Positions 39,744 through 45,841 of a DNA stretch of 45,841 bases are shown here, one piece after another (position 1 is the first letter of the stretch; the number at the start of each line of letters is the position of its first letter). The position numbers were made by a program, and so were the translations under genes. Under the pieces are notes generated by a model. The model ran no database searches. It was not told the DNA's origin and saw only the letters and a list, made by a program, of their open reading frames with translations. Location of the stretch: positions 1 through 45,841 of the forward strand of contig JAUUWG010000003.1 of the NCBI GenBank assembly GCA_030589165.1, written 5' to 3'. This stretch comes from Desulfobacterales bacterium (GTDB lineage: Bacteria; Desulfobacterota; Desulfobacteria; Desulfobacterales; JAFDHS01).

Positions 39744-39755
39744 GGAGTTATAACA

Positions 39756-40523
39756 ATGGCATTTTTTGGTTTTATCAAGAATTTCGGCAAACAGAAAGTA
39801 CAGCAGACAGGACAGAGCATCGTTCAGATATTGGCAACCTGGGACCCGGATACCTCATCGGCGGCAGAGATCCAACAGATGGAAGAAAGACTCGACAAAC
39901 TGACCCAACAGGTTGCTCAGGCCAAACAAACCTATCAGAAAGAACAGAAAGAAGCCGACGCCATAGAAGCTTTATACGAGCAGCGTTTAAAGGCGGCTGA
40001 AATCCTTCAGGCCAGGCTTTCGGAAGGGGGAGAAAACAGTGCGCAGGTGGAAAAAGCCCTGACAGATCTTGTCAAGGGACTGGAATCCATGCAGCCCGAT
40101 ATCGAGCGGGAGATGGAAGAGGCCGGGGAAGCCAAAGCATTTATGGAGGAGTTGGAAGAGGTGGCCGGGGTTGCCGCTGAAAAACTCAGAAACGGCCGTA
40201 AAACCCTTGAAGCGGCAAAACGGGATATGGCTCGGGCAAAGATACGTGAAGAAAGAGCAGAAGATAAGACGGAACACACAGCAATGCTTGCCGGACTGCG
40301 CAATGAAACCGATCAACTCGGAAGTGCCCTTGCTGCAATGCGCAAGGAGACTGAAAAATCCAATGTCAAGGCCGAGGCCATGAACCTGAAAACCAGGTTA
40401 CTTGCTCCCACAAAAGAAGAAAAGGGTGATACTCTGATTGCCGAAGCCATGGCCCAGGCTTCAGGCGGATCGGCAAAACCTGCAAATATCGCCGATCGTC
40501 TGGCCGCTTTAAAGAAAAAATAA
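39756..40523 (+). CDS. PspA/IM30 (Vipp1/ESCRT-III-like) family coiled-coil protein, YjfJ-like
   Basis: Amphipathic N-terminus MAFFGFIKNF, WDP motif, long Ala/Glu/Lys coiled coil, C-terminal ADRLAALKKK; AAGGAG RBS; follows the DUF2491 gene. Confidence 0.75.
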   Translation: MAFFGFIKNFGKQKVQQTGQSIVQILATWDPDTSSAAEIQQMEERLDKLTQQVAQAKQTYQKEQKEADAIEALYEQRLKAAEILQARLSEGGENSAQVEKALTDLVKGLESMQPDIEREMEEAGEAKAFMEELEEVAGVAAEKLRNGRKTLEAAKRDMARAKIREERAEDKTEHTAMLAGLRNETDQLGSALAAMRKETEKSNVKAEAMNLKTRLLAPTKEEKGDTLIAEAMAQASGGSAKPANIADRLAALKKK

Positions 40524-40564
40524 TATCGCCTTACGTTCGTTTTCCTTTTCATTGGAAACTTCCG

Positions 40565-40598
40565 GGACAGCATCTTGATTATCAGGATGCTGTCCTTT
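40565..40598 (+). terminator. Probable intrinsic terminator of the pspA-like cluster
   Basis: GGACAGCATCTTGAT-T-ATCAGGATGCTGTCC hairpin followed by TTT. Confidence 0.7.
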
Positions 40599-40799
40599 CA
40601 TTGATTTCCAACCCATTGAACTCCTTTTTCTTTTTCAAACACGTCCAATGTCTTTTTCAATGTAATTTTGATGGCTTAGTAAAAACTCAAAAAGCCAGTC
40701 CCAAATCGGATCGACAGAATGTGTGGCACGATCACCTTGATTCAGAAACCTATATATTGCGGTAACGATTCAAGAGCAGAACCAATAGGAAACCCTGGA

Positions 40800-41216
40800 A
40801 TGAAACCATGGCTGCTTTATTCAATTGTTTCGATGTGTATCTGGGGGGTCTGGGGATTTATTGGAAAGCTGGCGTCCCGCTCCGTAACCTCTTTTAACCT
40901 GCTTCTACTGGCTTTTCTGGGCAGCCTTATGGTGTTGCCCATCTCCTTTGCAATCTTTTCCAAACATTTCAAGTTTTTGTGGCAAAACACCGATTATTAC
41001 CTTGCGCTGATCACCGGAATTTTGGGGACAACCGGAGTATTGTTTTTTTATCTTGCCTTATCAAAAGGAGAGGCTTCACGGGTCGTGGTGATAACTGCAA
41101 CATATCCGGTCATTACCGTAATCCTGAGCCGCCTTTTTCTTCACGAGTGCCTCACAATCCCAAAATTTTTTGGTGTTTTGTTTGTCCTGTTAGGTATCTA
41201 TTTATTGTCACGTTAA
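40800..41216 (+). CDS. EamA/DMT-family small membrane transporter
   Basis: WLLYSIVSMCIWGVWGFIGK, FYLALSKGEASRVV.I.A.YP, FLHE.LT; the ATG at 40800 is preferred over 40719. Confidence 0.88.
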   Translation: MKPWLLYSIVSMCIWGVWGFIGKLASRSVTSFNLLLLAFLGSLMVLPISFAIFSKHFKFLWQNTDYYLALITGILGTTGVLFFYLALSKGEASRVVVITATYPVITVILSRLFLHECLTIPKFFGVLFVLLGIYLLSR

Positions 41217-41325
41217 GAGCCTGTTTAAAAGCACCTTGAATCAGAACGAAAATGCTTATTGATCATGAGAATTTTTTTCAGTAGTCTTTGTCCGATAATA
41301 AAAATCCTAAACCCTGAAAGAGGAG

Positions 41326-41682
41326 ATGGAGATGGATATGGATATAAAAGTCGTTCTTCATGTAGACTCGGATATGGAAGAGAGGCTTGCCATGGCGTTG
41401 AACAATATAACCAACTTATTAAAAGAGGTAAGCCACGAACAAGCATCCGTTTATTTGCTGATTAACGGGCCTGCCGTAAAATTGCTCCGTAACAACCGGA
41501 TTTATGCCGACAAGTTCAACAAACTATCAGATATCGGCGTACGCTTCCTGGTTTGTAACAACTCTTTGACCAAAACCGGGATTGATAAAGACGAGCTGCC
41601 TGATTCCTGTGAGGTTGTACCTGCCGGAATTTTAGAACTCATTCGGCTGCAGAACAAAGGATGCGCCTATGTTAAACCTTGA
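41326..41682 (+). CDS. DsrE/DsrF-like family protein
   Basis: KVVLHV, ALNNITNL, NGPAV, FLVCNNSL, VPAGILELIRLQNKGCAYVKP. The start could be 41332 or 41338. Confidence 0.88.
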   Translation: MEMDMDIKVVLHVDSDMEERLAMALNNITNLLKEVSHEQASVYLLINGPAVKLLRNNRIYADKFNKLSDIGVRFLVCNNSLTKTGIDKDELPDSCEVVPAGILELIRLQNKGCAYVKP

Positions 41683-41720
41683 TGACCTCTCAAAATCAAA
41701 AAAAGCGCTGAAGGTGATTT

Positions 41721-42470
41721 ATGAAATGCCCCAAGTGCGGTTTTGAGCAAGCAGATCAACATACCGAATGTATAAGATGTGGTATTGTTTTTGAAAAATA
41801 CCGAAGATTTCAAAATTCCACATCAAATTCAAATATATTGCCGTTAAAGGATAATAAAAAAGCAGTAACCGTTGAAAATCCCCTGAAGAAGTTTCTTCTT
41901 TATGTAGAACCGGCAGTCGACCCGATTTATTTTGGCGTCAGGATATTGATTTTTCTTTTGTTTCTTATATGGGGATGGAAATTTATTCTCACCCCTATGG
42001 AGAGTAATTATACCGGCAACAGTTTTTGGTACCTTGTCAACCTTCCTTTCCATGAAGCAGGTCATATCGTTTTTCGACCTTTTGGGGAATTTATCACCTC
42101 CCTGGGAGGAAGTCTCGGCCAATTGTTGATGCCTTTGATATGTTTTTTCGTTTTTATTCTAAAGTCCAAAGATACATTTGCCGCTTCAATTGCCTTGTGG
42201 TGGTTTGGAGAAAATTTTATGGACCTTGCGCCCTACATTAACGACGCCAGGGAACTGGAATTGATGCTTTTAGGCGGCAATACAGGACGTACTTCACCCT
42301 ATGGCTTCCATGACTGGGAATATATTCTGACTGAATCAGGATGGCTGCATTACGACCATGCTCTGGCCCATTTTGCCTACAACCTTGGAACAGTCCTGAT
42401 GTTAATCTCTTTTATTTGGGGAGGCTGTTTACTTTTGAAACAATACCGGAATCTCGATCTGAAAAATTAA
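41721..42470 (+). CDS. Zinc-ribbon membrane protein with an HExxH (M50-like peptidase) motif
   Basis: CPKCG...CIRCG N-terminus, several TM helices, NLPFHEAGH, YINDAR, HDW. Confidence 0.8.
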   Translation: MKCPKCGFEQADQHTECIRCGIVFEKYRRFQNSTSNSNILPLKDNKKAVTVENPLKKFLLYVEPAVDPIYFGVRILIFLLFLIWGWKFILTPMESNYTGNSFWYLVNLPFHEAGHIVFRPFGEFITSLGGSLGQLLMPLICFFVFILKSKDTFAASIALWWFGENFMDLAPYINDARELELMLLGGNTGRTSPYGFHDWEYILTESGWLHYDHALAHFAYNLGTVLMLISFIWGGCLLLKQYRNLDLKN

Positions 42471-42578
42471 AAATGGATACCTCAAAAAAAATAAAGTATG
42501 TTAAGATAATTTTTTAATTAGAAAAATATATTAAATTCAGACACGATTAAGAAAAAGACAAGAAGGGATTCTTTGAAT

Positions 42579-44282
42579 ATGACCACAAGCGATTCTACCC
42601 CCAAAACCGACTTTATTCGCAATATCATCGCCGAAGACGTGAAGGCAAACAAGAACCAAGGCCGGGTGGTGACCCGGTTCCCGCCGGAACCGAACGGCTA
42701 TCTGCATATCGGACATGCCAAGTCCATCTGCCTGAACTTCGGTATCGCCGCTGAGAACAAAGGCGGTATTTGCCACCTGCGGTTTGATGATACCAATCCG
42801 AGCAAGGAGGAAGTCGAATATGTGGAATCGATCAAAGCAGACGTTAAATGGCTTGGATTCGACTGGGGGGACCATCTTTACTATTCATCCGACTACTTTG
42901 AACAATTATATCAATACGCCGTACAGTTAATCAAAGACGGCAAGGCATATGTTTGCAGCCTGAGTCCGGATGAAATCAGGGCGTACCGGGGCACCCTGAC
43001 CGAACCCGGCAAGGACAGCCCGTATCGCACACGTTCAGTCGAAGAAAATCTGGACTTGTTTGAGCGCATGCGGGCAGGAGAGTTTGACGACGGCTCTCAT
43101 GTGCTTCGAGCAAAAATCGACATGGCATCTCCAAATCTGATTCTGCGAGACCCAACGCTCTACCGTATTCGACGGGTGGCACATCACAGAACCGGCAACA
43201 AGTGGTGCATTTATCCGATGTATGATTTTGCCCATTGTCTGTCGGATTCCATAGAAGGAATCACACATTCCGTTTGTACACTGGAATTTGCAAATAATCG
43301 TGCCTTGTACGACTGGGTGCTTGACGAATTAAAGGTTGATTGTCATCCACAACAAATTGAGTTTGCCCGCCTTAATCTGAACTACACGGTATTGAGCAAG
43401 CGAAAGCTTGTAAAACTGGTGGAACAAAAGGATGTCACCGGATGGGACGATCCACGGATGCCGACAATATCCGGTTTGCGAAGACGCGGCTACACACCGG
43501 AATCCATCAGAAACTTCTGTGACCGCATCGGTGTAGCCAAAAGGGACAGTATCGTCGATATTGCACTGCTCGAACACGGCATCCGCGAAGATTTGAATGA
43601 ACGCGCTCCGCGTGTTATGGCCGTGCTGCGTCCGCTTCGGGTGGTCATTGACAACTATCCGGAAGATCAAACAGAAGAGCTGGACTTCCCCTACCATCCA
43701 ACAGATCCGGCTATGGGATCAAGAAAGGTTCCCTTTTCACGTGTACTATACATCGAACAAGAGGATTTTATGGAGGAACCGCCCAAAAAATTCTTCCGTT
43801 TAGCCCCCGGCCGTGAAGTAAGGCTTCGATATGCTTATTATATCAAATGCGTGGATGTGGTCAAAGATGAAGCAACCGGCGAAGTGGTCGAACTCCACTG
43901 TACCTATGATCCGGAGACGCGGGGCGGTTCAGCTCCGGACGGACGTAAGGTCAAGGCAACGCTGCACTGGGTTTCGGCTCCCCACTCGATCGGGGCTGAA
44001 GTTCGTTTGTATAATAATCTTTTTGTAAAAGAGAATCCAAGCGATGAAAAGGAAGGGAATGATTTCAGAACGTGTTTAAATCCGAACTCGTTGGAAACGT
44101 TGACAACGTGCCGTGTTGAACCGAGTCTGGCGGATGCGGCACCGGAAAGTCGATACCAATTCGAAAGACTGGGCTACTTTTGCGTCGATTCGGTTGATTC
44201 TTCCCATGAATCATTGGTGTTCAATCGAACGGTAACCTTACGCGATACATGGGCCAAAATCAAGAAGGCGCAAAAGAAGTAA
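42579..44282 (+). CDS. glnS: Glutamine--tRNA ligase
   Basis: [59 protein letters not shown]. Confidence 0.97.
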   Translation: MTTSDSTPKTDFIRNIIAEDVKANKNQGRVVTRFPPEPNGYLHIGHAKSICLNFGIAAENKGGICHLRFDDTNPSKEEVEYVESIKADVKWLGFDWGDHLYYSSDYFEQLYQYAVQLIKDGKAYVCSLSPDEIRAYRGTLTEPGKDSPYRTRSVEENLDLFERMRAGEFDDGSHVLRAKIDMASPNLILRDPTLYRIRRVAHHRTGNKWCIYPMYDFAHCLSDSIEGITHSVCTLEFANNRALYDWVLDELKVDCHPQQIEFARLNLNYTVLSKRKLVKLVEQKDVTGWDDPRMPTISGLRRRGYTPESIRNFCDRIGVAKRDSIVDIALLEHGIREDLNERAPRVMAVLRPLRVVIDNYPEDQTEELDFPYHPTDPAMGSRKVPFSRVLYIEQEDFMEEPPKKFFRLAPGREVRLRYAYYIKCVDVVKDEATGEVVELHCTYDPETRGGSAPDGRKVKATLHWVSAPHSIGAEVRLYNNLFVKENPSDEKEGNDFRTCLNPNSLETLTTCRVEPSLADAAPESRYQFERLGYFCVDSVDSSHESLVFNRTVTLRDTWAKIKKAQKK

Positions 44283-44315
44283 AAAAAGTATAAATAAAAC
44301 ATAAGGGGAACCAAA

Positions 44316-45122
44316 ATGTTTAATATTGGAAAAGCGATCAGAATGGAAAGACTGATGAACAGAACTACCGGTAAAACGGTTATTGTTCCCATGGACCATG
44401 GCGTGACCGTAGGGCCGATTTACGGATTGATCGACCTGTCACAAGCGGTAGATACCGTTGCGGAAGGCGGAGCAAATGCCGTGATCGGCCATGTAGGTCT
44501 TCCAAGATACGGGCACAGACACGGCGGCAAAGATATCGGACTTATCCTTCATCTTTCCGCATCAACCACCCTTTCACCCAGGCCGAACAGGAAAGTACTC
44601 GTTAATACGGTTGAAAATGCATTGCGAATGGGCGCTGACGGTGTTTCCATACATATAAATATCGGTGATGCTGATGAAGCACAAATGCTGAAAGATTTTG
44701 GGAAAATTGCCGTCGAATGCAATTACTGGGGAATGCCTCTGATAGCCATGATGTATCCAAGAGGTCAAAATATCGAGGATGAAAAAGATATGGAAGTTGT
44801 AAGACTTGCAGCAAGAGTCGGCGCCGAACTGGGAGCCGATTTTGTAAAAACAAACTATACCGGAGACCCGGATTCTTTTGCAAAAGTTGTTGAAGGCTGC
44901 CCCGCACCGATTTTAATTGCCGGCGGAAGCAAGTTAAACGAAGAAGAGATGTTTAACACCATAGAAGGCGCCATGCAGGCAGGGGCCAAAGGATTATCCA
45001 TAGGAAGAAATGTATTTCAAAGTAAAAATCCCTCCTTGTTTTTAAAAGCGGCATGTTCCATTGTACATGATAATTTGACTGCCAAAGAAGCCATGGAAAT
45101 GTTTAATCAGGGCAAACAATAA
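44316..45122 (+). CDS. DhnA-type class I aldolase, probable 2-amino-3,7-dideoxy-D-threo-hept-6-ulosonate (ADH) synthase
   Basis: IVPMDHGVTVGP, LILHLSAST, PLIAMMYPRG, ELGADFVKTNYTGD, AGG, SIGRNVFQ. Confidence 0.85.
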   Translation: MFNIGKAIRMERLMNRTTGKTVIVPMDHGVTVGPIYGLIDLSQAVDTVAEGGANAVIGHVGLPRYGHRHGGKDIGLILHLSASTTLSPRPNRKVLVNTVENALRMGADGVSIHINIGDADEAQMLKDFGKIAVECNYWGMPLIAMMYPRGQNIEDEKDMEVVRLAARVGAELGADFVKTNYTGDPDSFAKVVEGCPAPILIAGGSKLNEEEMFNTIEGAMQAGAKGLSIGRNVFQSKNPSLFLKAACSIVHDNLTAKEAMEMFNQGKQ

Positions 45123-45124
45123 CA

Positions 45125-45267
45125 AAAAGTGTAAAGTGACTAAAGTGATCTAAAGTGATCTAAAGTTGAGGAATTTTATTGATTTTATATGGACGTTGTC
45201 AGTTGTTCGTTGTTTTTTTTGCAACAGACAACGGACATTTAAAACTTTAGCTCACTTTGAACTTTTT
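45125..45267. repeat. Modular palindromic repeat, copy C, with a different (heptamer) core
   Basis: AAAGTGA(T)CT tandem arm and CTTTAGCTCACTT arm as in copy A. The core is CGTTGTCAGTTGTTCGTTG / CAACAGACAACGGAC. Confidence 0.75.
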
Positions 45268-45319
45268 CAGTTTATTTTGTTTATAAAACCCTTATGTTCA
45301 GAAGGAGAATTCAGAAAAA

Positions 45320-45643
45320 ATGAATAAACCCGAAGAATATTGCGTTGTTCTCACCACCTGTGGGGATAAGCAAGAAGCTAAGAATCTGGCTTGTTCACTG
45401 GTTGAAAGCCATCTTGCGGCCTGTGTCCAGATGACGGAGGTAACGAGCTTTTATGAATGGGAAAACAAAGTCAACAAAGATGATGAAGTGCTCTTGTTGA
45501 TAAAAGCAAAAGCCGAACTGTTTGAAGAGATTAAAACCTTTATTTCCGAGAACCACAGTTATGAAGTTCCGGAGATAATAGAGCTGCCCATACGCGGCGG
45601 TCTTGAAAATTACTTCAAATGGATTGATGAAGTTAGCCGGTAG
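45320..45643 (+). CDS. cutA: Divalent-cation tolerance protein CutA
   Basis: VVLTT, LVESHLAACVQ, SFYEWE, E.LLLIK, HSYEVPEII, Y.KW; AAGGAG RBS. Confidence 0.95.
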   Translation: MNKPEEYCVVLTTCGDKQEAKNLACSLVESHLAACVQMTEVTSFYEWENKVNKDDEVLLLIKAKAELFEEIKTFISENHSYEVPEIIELPIRGGLENYFKWIDEVSR

Positions 45644-45655
45644 ACGGAAAAATTT

Positions 45656-45685
45656 CAAGGCAGCACCGATCGCAGTGCTGCCTTG
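45656..45685 (+). terminator. Hairpin downstream of cutA, possible terminator
   Basis: CAAGGCAGCAC-N8-GTGCTGCCTTG, an 11-bp perfect stem; the U-tract is weak. Confidence 0.55.
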
Positions 45686-45687
45686 TA

Positions 45688-45841
45688 TTAGGAACTCAGT
45701 AAAAATAAACTATCCCATTTAGCCTCTCCTCTTCAGGCCATCTTTATCCGATCCTCAATCAAATCGTCCTCGAAATAGAACGACTATTCCTGTGGCGATT
45801 AGATTTCAGATCGAATAAATCTGACCTGAACATGAGCGCTA
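45688..45841. mobile_element. Second copy of the palindromic MITE-like element, truncated by the window end
   Basis: Aligns by eye with 21164-21317, including the shared core AATCAAATCGTCCTCGAAATAG.ACGACTATTCCTGTGGCGATTAGATTTC.GATCGAATAAATCTGACCTGAACATGAGC. Confidence 0.85.

Noticed and set aside
45125-45170. Tandem AAAGTGATCT units (also at 6150-6270 and 21070-21110) as a CRISPR array
   Set aside because: The units are about 10 bp with no unique spacers, and no cas genes are nearby.

Overview
A 45.8-kb bacterial chromosomal segment. Gene content (glnD-glnB, CODH, tungsten AOR, sigma-54 promoter, likely Sec recoding) suggests an anaerobic Desulfobacterota/Desulfobacterales-like organism; this taxonomy is inferred. 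Housekeeping genes (glnD, glnB, polA, hrpA, lon, rlpA, gmhB, recD2, glnS, cutA) frame an accessory-looking middle section. The window opens inside an IscB (IS200/IS605 OMEGA) gene broken by one in-frame TAA, and the element's end hairpin lies just before the glnD start codon. Two ORFs that the track splits (4783-5007 and 5158-5514) join across an in-frame TGA in a G-U-G-C-T motif, giving a probable exported DUF1573 selenoprotein. There are two candidates for poorly described systems. (i) A FadL porin, a SAM methyltransferase, a V4R-like/GAF/HD-GYP protein and a PilZ-PilZ-GNAT-like protein (30.0-36.3 kb) form a possible lipid-signal/c-di-GMP circuit. (ii) A secreted low-complexity/TAXI solute-binding fusion, a DUF2491 (YjfK-like) protein and a PspA/IM30 (bacterial ESCRT-III-like) protein (36.7-40.6 kb) form a possible ligand-sensing membrane-remodelling module. 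Intergenic DNA holds several families of modular palindromic repeats and MITEs, some of which supply stop codons or C-terminal tails to genes. No rRNA, tRNA or CRISPR array was seen. All family assignments come from motif recognition by eye, not database searches.
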